Part shown: positions 50,786-64,000 of the stretch, piece by piece
Layout: each line of letters starts with the position of its first letter
Numbering within the stretch: position 1 is the first letter of the stretch
Origin: the human T2T-CHM13v2.0 reference genome, Homo sapiens
NCBI RefSeq assembly: GCF_009914755.1
Contig: NC_060947.1
Reading direction: 5' to 3' (one strand)
DNA length: 64,000 bases
The notes under the pieces: generated by a model
The model's input: the letters and a program-made list of their open reading frames with translations, nothing else
What the model was told of the DNA's origin: nothing
Database searches by the model: none
Program-made: the position numbers and the translations under genes

Positions 50786-50889
50786 CCCATCCACATACAG
50801 GTTTTTGTAGAAACATAAGTTTTCAAATACACCGAGACAAAAACAATCTCCTCCTCTCTTCCTTCTTCCTTCTGTGAAAGAAAAATAGC

Positions 50890-51082
50890 AATGTACATCT
50901 TACATATATTGATTGATGTCTCATGTCTCCCTAAAATGTGTAAAACCAAACTGTGCTCTTACCACCTTGGGTACATGTTGTCAGGACCTCCTGAGGCTGT
51001 GTCACAGATGCACGCGTCCTCAATGTTGGCAAAATAAAATTTCTAAATTAACTGAGAGCGTCTCAGATATTCAGGGTCCATA
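50890..51082 (+). mobile_element. MER4 LTR 3' fragment
   Basis: gattgatgtctcatgtctccctaaaatgt...caggacctcctgaggctgtgtcac. Confidence 0.75.
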
Positions 51083-51709
51083 CCTCCTGCCAGGCCTAAA
51101 ATGCTCACCTGCAGAGAAAAGACAGGTGCCCCTTCTGTTGGCAGCAAGGACTCAATTATCCTTTGCAAGGGGCCCCAGATTTTGATGGTGATGCCACTGC
51201 ATCAAAGTGATCTTTCGGAAATGCAAAATTTCCCCTGCTTAAAACTCTTACCCAGCTTCCCTGAACACTCCAAACTGTTTCATGTCTCTGTACCTTTGGT
51301 CAAAAGACTCCTTGTCTGGAATGTCTTTCTTTCACTTTCTGCTAATGAAGTCCTGTTCATTTTTCAAATCGTATCTCAGAGGTCACTTCTCCAGGCAGTC
51401 CTTCGTGATTGTCCCTCCAACCCCACTCAAGAGCAACACCTACTGCTACCCTGACTGAATATTTCTGTTACTGTATTAGTTTTTGTTTTGTTTTCTTTTC
51501 TTTGTAAAATCTGTTCTACTTAGTAGAGTACCTGCATTTTATTCACATTTATATTCTTGGTGCTTCGAACAGTACCCAGCACAGAGCAAATGCCAAAATA
51601 ATGTTTTTAAAAAAATTGTGCTGAAATGCCAAGGGCTTTATGTATTCACATAGTGATGAAACACCCATTGAGGGTGGGCTTATATTTTTTAAAACTTAAA
51701 ACACTTTGA

Positions 51710-52043
<334 letters not shown>

Positions 52044-52153
52044 TCACAGAATTATACAACCTGGACTTCAGAATTGAATGCTATCTAGCCCAGCGTGTCT
52101 CCAACTTTAGCGTGCATATAAATCATCTGGGAATTTGTTAAAATCCAAGTTCT

Positions 52154-52789
52154 ACTTTTACACTGTTGGTGGGACTGTAAACTAGTTCAACCATTGTGGA
52201 AGACAGTGTGGCAATTCCTCAAGGATCTAGAACTAGAAATACCATTTGACCCAGCCATCCCATTACTGGGTATATACCCAAAGGATTATAAATCATGCTG
52301 CTATAAAGACACATGCACATGTATGTTTATTGCAGCACTATTCACAATAGCAAAGACTTGGAACCAACCCAAATGTCCATCAATGATAGACCAGATTAAG
52401 AAAATGTGGCACATATACACGATGGAATACTATGCAGCCATAAAAAAGGATGAGGTCATGTCCTTTGTAGGGACACGGATGAAGCTGGAAACCATCATTC
52501 TCAGCAAACTATCGCAAGGACGAAAAACCGAACACTGCATGTTCTCACTCATAGGTGGGAATTGAACAATGAGAACACTCGGACACAGGAAGGGGAACAT
52601 CACACACTGGGGCCTGTCATGGGGTGGGGGGAAGGGGGAGGGAGAGCATTTGGAGATATACCTAATGTAAATGATGAGTTAATGGGTGCAGCAAACCAAC
52701 ACGGCACATGTATACATATGTAACAAACCTGCACATTGTGCACATGTACCCTAGAACTCAAAGTATAATAATAAAATAAATAAATAAAT
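52154..52789 (+). mobile_element. 5'-truncated L1PA (4/5-like) inserted in a MER5 element
   Basis: ORF2 C-terminus (WKTVWQFLKDLELEIPFDPAIPLLGIYPKDYK...FSLIGGN), G-rich 3' UTR and (TAAA)n tail. TSD AAAAT(C/G)CAAGTTCT at 52140-52153 and 52790-52803. Confidence 0.93.
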
Positions 52790-53010
52790 AAAATGCAAGT
52801 TCTGATCCAGGAAGTCTGAGACAAGCCTGAGATTCTGCACTTCTAATAAGCTCCCAGGTAATGTGGTGCTTTTGGTTTACTAACCATACATGGAGTAGCA
52901 AGAACCTCGTCCCCCCTGCCAATCAAACACATGAATTCTAGTTACAACATTTGGACAACTGGTCAACAAGCAAACAAATGTGAAAGTGAGCTTTTTGGAA
53001 CTTCTCTAAG

Positions 53011-53198
53011 ACAATGGTTCTCAAACTTTAGCTCCATCAGAATTGCCTGGAGGACTTGTGGAAGCACAGTTCATGGGATCCATGCCAGGCATTCCTGACT
53101 CAGCATTCCTGAGGTGGGACCAGGGAATCTGCATTTCTAGCAAGTTCCAAGCTGAGGCTGATGCTGCTGGCCCAGGGACCACACCTTGGGAACCAATT
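53011..53198. mobile_element. MER5A
   Basis: tggttctcaaacttt...gaatctgcatttctagcaagttcc...gctgatgctgctgg...gggaccacac. Confidence 0.8.
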
Positions 53199-55065
53199 CT
53201 CTGAGAGTCACCCTGAAACCATTGTAATCAATGAACAATTTATCCATGATTGTCAGAGTCCAACCATGTGCACAGTTGATATTAGACAAACAGATTGGTG
53301 CACCTGGGAACCATCTGCCTCGTGAGAGTGAGTTGGTGGCCCATTATATTAAGAGATGCCTCCCCACATTGGTACAGAGAAAAGAGCACTGGATCAGAAG
53401 CACAGAGCCGGCTTCCAATCCTGGATCTTGAACATGTGATTTACATCCCTTGGGCAATCACTGAACCTCCCCAAGTCTCAATTTCTCCATCTACAATATA
53501 TCTATACTTCAAGACTTAGCTGAAGCAGACTCTGCTCAGCTGACCCACCAGAGCAGGTCTCCAACCCCTGCAATTCTCACCTCCCACCTTACTGGACCTC
53601 ATGAGCAACTCAATGTAGCTTGGCAACTAGGCGCTGCATTCCCTGAGGGCAGAGATGAGTTTTAATTATATTGATTCTCAAACAAGCAGTGATATGCCTG
53701 GCAAATAGCAGGTACTCATTAAATGTTTACCGTTGAATGAATAAAAGTAATAAACCCAGGACTCCAAATAGCCCTCCAGGACCTGGCTTTATGCTAATTT
53801 GCTAATGTTAGCTGCTTTGAAGTATCATTAGAATACAACATCCCACCAAGTAGTGCTGGGAATTAAGGATACATAATTCAATGCTTAATACGACTCTCAA
53901 GAGAAGAATACATGGTTAGACTGCTGAGCTATAGATTATTTTTTTTTAATTTTCAGATTTAATGATACATGGAATTATTTTTGCAAGTAAGGATTTTTAC
54001 TGCTGCTCTTTATCACAGCTTTATGAAGGAAAGAGATCCTATAGGGCCTTGCTTTTGTAGATGAATGGGGTTTTTTATTATTGTAAAAGTTTTCATTAAT
54101 AAAAGCAACTTTTTTGTACTTAGGTATTTGTTTTTTAGATTTTAAGAGCTCTTTTTTAGTTAGAATCACTTTACTGGTTAATAGAATAATAAATCCATAT
54201 TTCTGTTTTCCCCAGCTCTACGACATCCCAGCCGTGACTTCAGATGAGATGCCTAATGCTTAAATGCCTCAATTTCTTTATCTGTAAGACAGGGATAGAA
54301 CAGTTCCTCCATTATAGATTTTGTATGACATTCATGAGCTAATAGATGTCTTCAGAAGGTTATCTGATATATAATAAGCCCTGACAAACAAAAGTAAATT
54401 ATTATTTTTAGCTCGAGTATAAACGAACACATTTGTAGGAAGGTGCAGGCTTTTTGACCACAACCAGAGACAACGTTTGTACCCAGGCAGAGCTTGAGAC
54501 AGGCAAGGGCCGCCTTTGGGTAGTTCTCACAGCACATACAAAGACGGGCTCCCCCTGCCTAATTCAGGGGGTGGGTCACTCATTTTGTTTATGGCTTAAG
54601 AGAGGACAAAGTGCTTCTCCAGGTCTTGTTCTTTCTCCTAACTCTACTTGTCTTAATAATGATTCATAAGGCTTATATAGTGTTTTCATTTACAAAAGGC
54701 ATTCACAATTGTCCTCCTTAAATCCTCCAAACAATTCTGTGGCTATCCCCACTTCACATCTGAGGAAATGACCTTTAAAGCATCAAAGAAGTTGGCAGAC
54801 CTGCTCAGGGGCCTCTGAAAAATAAATGGTGGAGGCAGAAATGTGGCTCTGGTCTTTGACTAGAAGCCCAGGGCTCCCACCCTGAAACCATCCCATATCA
54901 TGTTGCAACTCATAACATTCGAACGTAAGAAGAACGGAACTGAAAAACTCAACTATTCACTAATGTCTCTTATTTGAATCCACCAAAAATTCCTCTGCAT
55001 TCCTCTTTGCTCACTCCATAGTAGAGGCCACCAGCCACAGGGACTATCTCCAAAGTAGGGAAGGT

Positions 55066-55999
55066 GAAACTGAGGGCTAACCTGTTTAAGCCTGCCAAAC
55101 TTACCCTGACTTGCTTGCTTTTAATCACTTACTTCCCATTGATTTTAAACACTGTATAGGCCAGGGGCAACGGCTCATGCCTGTAATCCCAAGACTTTGG
55201 GAAGATGAGGCAGGAGGATTGCTTGAGTCCAGGAGTTCAAGACCAGCCTGGACAACATAGCAAGACCCCATCTCTAGAAAAAATAAAATTAGCCATGCAT
55301 AGTAGTGCACCTGTAGTCCCAGCTACTAGGGAGGCTGAGGCAGGAGGATTAATTGAGCCCAGGAGGTTAAGGCTGCAGTAAACTCTGATTGTGCCACTGT
55401 GCTCCAACCTGGGTGACAGAGCAAGACTCCGTTTAAAAAAAAAAAAAGATTCTAAATAACTAAAAGTCACATAGCCAAACAATATACAACTAAACTTCCA
55501 CTAGCTTCCTTATAAAGAACACCTCTGATATATATAGCACTATGGTAATGGTTGTTTGAAATTGTGTTTCAGGAACTAGGGGGCAGCTTTTATGCCGTTT
55601 GAACCAGCTGAGACCACCTACCCTTCAACTGGGCCTGTGCAAATGCTCAAGAGGTGACCTTCTGATGTCACAGGGCCAAAAACTTCTTCCTCAGATCATG
55701 CTAACACTGTCATTTTCTGAACATGCATCCTATGAAGAGCCATGAACCCTGACTACATTTACACAGACCATCAATGCATCATTTTTCCCCACTTATCAAT
55801 CACCCTTCCCCATGCCTTAGACCACTCTGCTTTTTATCCCATAAATATCCCTAAGCCCTATCCTCAGGATGCTGATTTGAGACCTATTCTCCCACCTCAT
55901 CACTTGGCTACCTCGTGAAAAAACCCTTTCTCTTTTGCAAAACCCACTGTCACAGTGATTGGCTCACTGCATGGGGACAGAATGGGCCTGGTTTGGCAT
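55066..55999 (+). mobile_element. ERV1 (MER4-group, MER31/MER67-like) LTR with an AluJ inserted at 55159-55448
   Basis: cagatcatgctaacactgtcattttctgaacatgc...ccataaatatccctaagcc...gctgatttgagac. Subfamily uncertain. Confidence 0.6.
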
Positions 56000-58900
56000 C
56001 TGGGCAGATCAGAATGAAAGACTAATAGGCGTGATTTGCATTACCTCATAGTCAATCTGAGCCCCACGAATTAAGGGGGAGCAGGTATCCTTGATAGCCA
56101 GCAGGTTGGGGATTTGGCTACACTTGTATGCATAGATGCAAATCTACATACCTATGCACTTGTATGCGTAGATGGCTTTTATTGTATGGACATAGCCTCT
56201 TCCTGTTTGCATGGCTTAAAGCAGGAGCAGTGGCCAAAAAGTACAAAGGCAGACAAAGGAAGAAAAACCAGCTAGAAGCATAGATTACCTGAAGATGCTT
56301 TATCCAGCAAGTCAGGTCTGCTGTCTAGATTCAAGGGGTTGCCATGTGGGTAATTGAGGCAATGAAGAAAAAAAAATGGAGTTAAGGGAAAAACAGCAAT
56401 GGAGGCCTAGGAGGGAACTGTGACCATCAAGAAGGCTGGCCCACAGGTGAAACAGCTAGGACATGGGAAATCTCAGACAAGCCTGTTAGGTGAGGAGATA
56501 CTTATGGCCCAGTTGTTCCTGATATCCCAGCTCATAGCCAGGCAACCCCCAGAAACAGAATGGCCCAGCTGACTTGCAGCTGGCCATAGCTGCATGATGG
56601 AAGCCAGTGAGAACCAGACCTGCCCAGCCATGCTCAGCCCATATTGAAGGCCCAGAGAATCTCAAGCTAAGTAAATGATTGTTGTATTAAGGCATTATCA
56701 TTTTGAGTGTTTGTTATACCACAGTAGGTAGCTGATTCAGGGATCAATGATGGTAATTCAAATATAGACTCAATATTATGTTATACCAGGCTATTATTAA
56801 TTTCCTTAAGTGTGATGTTAACACGATTATGTAAAAACATGTCCTTTTTAGGTGATATAGGGGTGATATGTCATAATGTCTGCAACTTTCAAGAGATTCA
56901 GCAAGAAATATATATAGGTAGCTTGATAAATAGGTAAAGCAAATACAGCAAAATGCTGTCAATTGTTGACTCTAGTTGATGGGTATATGGGTAATCATTG
57001 CACTATTTTTTAGCTGTTCTACAAGTTTAAAAATCTTCATAGCAAAAATTGGAAAGTAAAAATGCTTTTAAAACACTCATATCCCACATTAAACATACAT
57101 TTATATTTTAAAATAAAATGCTTTTATAATTTGCCTTTGAAACTATTAAGTTATGAGTAATCATTCAATTAGCTTTTGGCTATAATTTCTTGGTTCTTCT
57201 CATGGACACTCAGGAATTTCATGAAGAACAAAACCCAATTTATAAATTGTATTCAAATATACAGAAATGTCTACAACATTTATGAATTTTTGAACACTAA
57301 ATTTATGTTTACCAAATTTAACAATGCATAAAGCTAGAATGCTAAATCTGGCAGCCACTTAATTGAACACATTAAGTTTGACTTGGAAGTTTTATTTTGC
57401 ATTTAGGAGCCAGTAATTTTCTCCCAGTTCTAAAATGTTTTCATAGGCTGTGTATGAATAGTGATTAACACATAGAACAACACTTCAGTGGCCTAAAACC
57501 AGTTCTGCCCTTTAATCAGCTATGAGAAGAAGCCAAACACCTCAGCTGGCAGAGGCGTTAGAGAGAGAGAGTCATTCCTTGTCAGAGACCAGTGAACTTT
57601 GGAATTGTGGTCTTGGGAGCCAGAGAGACCTGGGATCAAATGCCAGTTACACCATCTTCAGGAAGCCACTTAACCACTCTGAGTCTCAACTTCCTTCTGT
57701 TTAAAATGGAAATTAAAATGACTATGTGACTGGATTTTCATGACAAAAATGCAGGAATCATAGGTGGGGGCCATTCATCATGCCCGGTGTCACTGTTATT
57801 TGGCCTCATGGTTATTTCCTTGAAATCAAATGACTGCAGAGAAGAAAGAAAAGGATGACATCCAGTGGGATTCTCAATTCAGCCCTAGGTGGGTCTCAGT
57901 GCGGCCCGAGGTTGGTCTCAGTGCATTTTCTATTCTATAGTGCCCTGCAGGAGCTATGCGGCTTTGCCTTGCAGATCACCACAAGACCAATCCAATAGAA
58001 CAGTGGGCCTTCCCCATGGGAGAGCCTCAATAAATAGCTGTCAAATAAATGAATGGGACTTGCCACACTCATTTGAGGAAATATTGTATCTGGGGAATGT
58101 TCCAGAGGCAAGAGCATGGAAGTTGATAGCAGAAGTAGCTAGAACACAACCACTTCATTAACCCTGTCACCACTAAGGTTGCCATTAGTCCAGATAGATG
58201 ACATCTTTGGGCAAATTAGAAAAAGGTGCCTCTGCCTAAAGATACTTTACTTCATGTGTTGGAAAATTGGTGAAGTATACTGAATTATTTTTTAGACCAA
58301 GATGACTTATTATTGTCTGCTAGGTAATTATCATAATAAATACACAAATTAATTCCATCTACCTTGTAAATCATAGAAATGTTGCTTACTTTTTGTGGTA
58401 ATGCTTGGATATTTGAAGTTGAAAGATATATATACACAATCTCATACACTGTTATGCTCAAGTGTGACAGTGAAATTTATCTATGTTCATCTCTTCCCCG
58501 AACAGCTGGGAAAGTATAAAAAGTGCAATCCCAGTAAAATTTAAATAATTTGTAGCATTGAATCAGAAGAAAGAAAAAAGCAAAATCAATAAAGGAAAAA
58601 TATACCCTGTACCTGTCATAAAATTATTTCTTCTCGACCTTTATTGGACACAGACTAGCATTTGTTCCTGGCTTTACTTTTAATCTCCCTGGAAAAAATA
58701 TATTTTAATTTTTATTCCTGTTAAGCTGGGACCATTCAAAAAAGTCAACAGAAAACAGCCTAGCCTAGAAAACAGCCAGCTGTTTTCCAAACTGGCTAAA
58801 ACCATAAACACCTGGAAAATTATTTCTAAAAACAAAGCCAAAAAAAAAATCCACAGGCCTAAGCTTTTCACTTCAGCAAGGTTTTGGACCCACTGGTTTA

Positions 58901-59431
58901 ATCCAGTCAATCAAATATGAAGAGATAAGATGGCAGTGTCAACCAGAGACCCTGAATTCCTTTCTCGCCCAATTCCTATTTAATTTCCTCTCTCAAGCCA
59001 GCTGGCATGCTGACAGAGCCCTGAGAGCATCCAAAGCCTCAGAGCGGGCAGGGAGCTCTAAGCTAGTGGTCAGCAAAGTGGAGTGCAAGCATCCAAGGGG
59101 TCATACAAGATGATTCACTGGAGTGGAGAAGAAAACTGTAGTTATATATTTTTCATCTTTTTATAATGCATTTGCTGTATTAATGAAGTGGTACCTCTTT
59201 ATAGGTAAATATATGTAATACATTTGATTTAGTAATGGAGTGGTACATGTATACAATTTATAAGTAAATACACTTATTTATTTATAAGGTGATGTTCATC
59301 CCTTTTTTTTTTTTTACAAAGGGAGGTGGAGTCTGATAATGGACATAGGACTTTCTTCTCCAGTGAACCAAGAGACTAAAGATGGAGCCACCTGGCTGAA
59401 GACCACACTTTAGGTATCTCTGGAGAGGATA

Positions 59432-59992
59432 TGTATTAGTCAGAGTTTTCCAGAAAAACAGAACCAACAGGATGTGTGTGTGTGTATGTGTGTGTATACA
59501 TACCTACATCACATATACATGCATATATATACACACATACATACATATGTAGAAAGATATACATATATACGCACATACGTATATACATATATTTGTACAT
59601 ATATAGAGAGAGAGAGGGAGAGAGAGGTTTATTATAAGGAAGCGGCTTACCTGATTATGGAGGCTGGCAAGTCAAAAATCTGCAGAGTCGATATGCCAGT
59701 TTGAGTCTGAAGGTCAGCAGGGTGCTGCAGAACAAGGAAGAACTGATGTTGCAGTTTAAAGACTGACAGGCAGTAGAATTCTCTATTGGGAGTCAGCCTT
59801 TTTGTTCTATTCGGGCCTTCAATTAATTGGCTGAGGCCCACCCATATTATGGAGGGTAATCTGCTTTACTCAGTCTACCAATTTAAAAGTTAATCTCATC
59901 AAAAATCCCCTCACAGACACACCCAAAATAATGTTTGACCAAATATCTGGGCACTGTATGGCCCAGTCAAGTTGACACATAAAATGAAATAT
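59432..59992 (-). mobile_element. MLT2 (ERVL) LTR with an internal (TG)/(CA)/(TA)/(GA) microsatellite
   Basis: tgtattagtcagagttttccagaaaaacagaaccaacagga...gcccagtcaagttgacacataaaat. Confidence 0.88.
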
Positions 59993-60363
59993 CCTAGGGT
60001 GTTGCAGGTATGGACTGAACCCTTCCAGTGGAGTCTCTTTCAAGTGCACCATTTCTGGTGACACCACATCCATTCCAGGCACCAAATTAACACTTCCCCT
60101 GCCATTGTTAGTTTTACTCCTTTTCCTGCCATTGTTAGTTCTACTCTTTTTAATGACTAAATTTTCCCACAAATGGTCATAGTTTAAGTCCTACCCCTTT
60201 CCCGAAAAGTGAGACTAGGGAGACTGGATATATAAACAATGGGTTTTCAAATCACCAAAGATTTCCATTTTACAGCAAGCTTTGCAAACATTTCACACAA
60301 ATTTTCTTTATCAGGAGCAGAGTGCACACAATACATTCAAATAGAGACCCATAGAAGTAATAA

Positions 60364-60724
<361 letters not shown>

Positions 60725-61171
60725 ATGTGTCTTAACCTAGAAAGGCCACTGGCTCTTTCTTCTCCCAAAGAACTAGTGAGTCCTACCTGCTCAGGTGAGC
60801 CTTGTTATTCCTATCCCTGAGATGAAAGAACCAAAGAAACAATAAGCAAAAAGACCTTAAAAGCTGCAACTAGGAAGAGCTGGGAGCAAAAAGGCATTCT
60901 CTCCCAACATCCTACCTGAGGGTCAACCTTACCCCATAGGAATGGAGACTGAATTTTGCCACCCCTAGAGGGACAGCAACAGCTCACCTGACTGCGGAAG
61001 GGGAACTCTCAGCAAATGAAGCCCAGTAACCTGAGAGAGGGAGACCAAACAGAACAGTAAGAAATAGAGGAGACATACCACCAATAGCCAGAACAGAAAA
61101 TGAAAGGGAAGACTTAAAGAAATTCCATTTTAGCATTACAATAAGACTTTGTGGGACTAGGAACAAAATAA

Positions 61172-61533
<362 letters not shown>

Positions 61534-61724
61534 TGATTTCTATGTTTTAAGAGGGGATCTGTGGGTTTTGATCACTGCTCTGTATATCTGTTCATTAAAC
61601 ATAGGAAGTACACAAATACTGAATGACTAAATTAATAAAATGTAGTAGATAAAATAGAAGAGGCAAAAGGAACCAATGAGAACAGAATTAGTGGCCTCAA
61701 AGTACGTAGACTAAAGATGCCAAA

Positions 61725-62655
61725 CAAGAAAGTGCATGTCAAAACCACAATGAGATACCACTTCACACCCATTAGGATAGCTGTTATCCAAAAAAAAAAA
61801 AAAAAAAAAAAAAGGAGACAAACAACAACAACAATAAAAATCCCAGAAAAGAACAAGTGTTGGTGAGGATGTGGAGAAATTGTAATCCTTGTGCTTTGTT
61901 GGTGGGAATGTAAAATGGTGCAACCGCTGTGGAAAACAGTATGGCAGCTCCTCAAAAAATTAAATATAGAGACCGGGCACGGTGGCTCACACCTGTAATC
62001 CCAGCAGTTTAGGAGGCAGAGGCAGATGGATCACCTGAGGTCAGGAGTTCGAGACCAGCCTGGTCAACGTGGTGAAACCCCATCTCTACTAAAAATACAA
62101 AAATTAGCTGGGCAGGGTGGCGGGCGCCTGTAATTCCAGCTACTCAGGAGGCTGAAGCAGGTGAATCGCTTCAACCTGGAGGACAGATGTTGCAGTGAGC
62201 CAAGATCACACCATTGTCCTCCAACCTAGGCGACAAGAGCGAAACTCCGTCTCAAAAAAAAAAAAAAAAGTAAACATAGACTACCTTATGATCCAGCAAT
62301 TCCACTGCTATGTATATGCCCAAAAGAATTGAAGGCAGGGAGTTGAACAGATACATGTATACCAATGTTCACAGCACCATTTTTTTAATAATAATAATCA
62401 AAAGGCAGAAACAACCCAAATATCCATCAACAGATACATAAATATCTGACTTGTGCTACTATCTGAATGAACATGGACGACATTATTCAAAGTGAAATAA
62501 GCCAGACACAAAAGGACAAAAATTGTATGAGTCCACTTATATGAGGTACCTAGAGCAGTCAAATTCACAGAAACAGAAAGTAGAATGGTAGTTTCCAGAG
62601 GCTGAGGGAAGGGGCACAGAGTTTCAGTTTGGGAAGATGAAAAAGTTCTGGAGAA
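61725..62655 (+). mobile_element. L1MB-type 3' region interrupted by an AluS (61971-62269)
   Basis: aaaaccacaatgagataccacttcacaccc...ggtgggaatgtaaaatggtgc and gaaataagccagacacaaaaggacaaa. Confidence 0.85.
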
Positions 62656-63164
62656 AAGATGCCAAAACAGAATTTATGAGGAGCAAGATAAGATACACAA
62701 AGACAAGAGATTGTGAAGACCTAACATGTCAGTAACACGAGTTCTAGAGGAAGGAGGAAAAGCACTAAAAGAAGATGAACAATTAAAGAAATAATAGAAG
62801 GCTGATCTTCCTGGTCTGAAGAAACACAAGTCCGCAGATTCAAAGGGCTCACTGGGGTCCAGATGGGACTAATAAAAATCAAAGGCACTTGCCTAGTGGC
62901 ACCGTGATAATATTCCTGAACTCCAGAAGTACGGAGAACATCTTATAAACATTATGCAGACCGAAATAATACATAAATTACAAAAGCAGAAGAATCAGAC
63001 AAGCATCAGACATCTCATAAACCACACTAAAGGGTACTAAAGGGTAGACAGAAGTGAGATAACATCCATAAACCACTAAGAGAAAAGAATTACAGATGAA
63101 GAAACCAGTATTCAGCCAAGATGGCACTGACCTTTCAGGGTAAAATATAATCCCTACGGTAAGC

Positions 63165-63400
63165 CTATTGAGCACTCACTATGTTTCAGATACTCTGCCA
63201 TAGGCAGTATAAGTAATATTCATTTCAGCCTCACAACAATCCCATGAGGTGAATAATTTTATTATGATCCCAATATTACAGATGAGGAAAGTGAGACACA
63301 GAGAAATAAAGTTGCTTAACAAATTAAGTAATTACATGGCTCAGAAGTGGCAGAGCCAAAATTCAAATTCTGGTGTTCACACTCTCACACCATTCTACCA
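63165..63400 (-). mobile_element. MIR
   Basis: cctcacaacaatcccatgaggt...acagatgaggaaagtgagacacagag. Confidence 0.8.
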
Positions 63401-64000
63401 TTCCTAAGATTAGTTGTCTTGATGAGGGGTGAAGATAGGTCAGGAAATGGATGTTTCACAGAGGCAGAGGGAGAAGAACTGGGGGCAGAAGCCCAGCAGA
63501 TGGAAGAAAATGCATGGTGTAATGTCTGTAGTACATATCAAACATAAAATGCTGTATTTCATTGAAAATATGTAAAAATTGAAGAACTCGAAAGTGATAG
63601 GACATAAAAAAACATGGATTTAATCTTGGTAAATTTGCAAGCAATTTTATTCTCAGATTTTATTCTCGGATTTCTGTTATTTCAAGATAATGTCTGTTAT
63701 CAAGGGTTCAAAAAGGATAGTTCTGACTTGGAGATAGACTGCCTGGGTTCCAGTTCTCATTCTAGTTGTTCAGTAGCTCTGTAATCTTGGAGAGTTCCGG
63801 GGTGTTAATTTCACCATAGAGTGTGGTCCACTTTGAGGGAAAAGAGCTGGGCTTTCCTGCTCTTGGCCCCATTAGTCAGTAGCTGCAGCCACCCAGGGAA
63901 GGTGGATGCTTTGATGTATCTTGTCTGGCTGCTGTGGCTCCAGTAGCCTTTCAGCAGACCACAAGATGACGTCATAGCTGTAAATAGCTAGAAACAATGT

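Noticed and set aside
52194-52565. 123-aa ORF resembling a reverse-transcriptase protein tail (also 35871-36167)
   Set aside because: C-terminal fragment of L1 ORF2 in 5'-truncated, TSD-flanked dead elements.

Overview
Primate (almost certainly human) genomic DNA. It is rich in Alu, L1, MIR, LTR and DNA-transposon remnants and holds the 3' half of FRMPD4 (Preso1, FERM and PDZ domain containing 4; recalled as Xp22.2) on the + strand. Eight coding exons splice in frame: 7348-7484, 9833-9959, 12300-12389, 12944-13126, 15867-16005, 21532-22596, 22964-24253 and a terminal exon from 25988 or 25993. They are followed by a long 3' UTR (to ~30 kb) and ~34 kb of repeat-dense sequence with no supportable gene. 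The main signal is a 5-nt tandem splice acceptor (TAG|TG TAG|CT). The upstream AG gives the PSD-95-binding ...KETTV-stop C-terminus. The downstream AG is that same stop codon, and using it opens a 441-aa extension ending in a predicted helical bundle; this long isoform may already be annotated. Other signals: a GC-AG intron and a NAGNAG acceptor on the same exon, a divergent pair of strong CTCF motifs, a 98-bp identical tract in two Alus 20 kb apart (candidate gene conversion), a palindromic bidirectional poly(A) signal, and several nested or repeated insertions. I see no CRISPR array, RNA gene or clearly novel gene system. Repeat subfamily names are by-eye recognition, and their boundaries are approximate.
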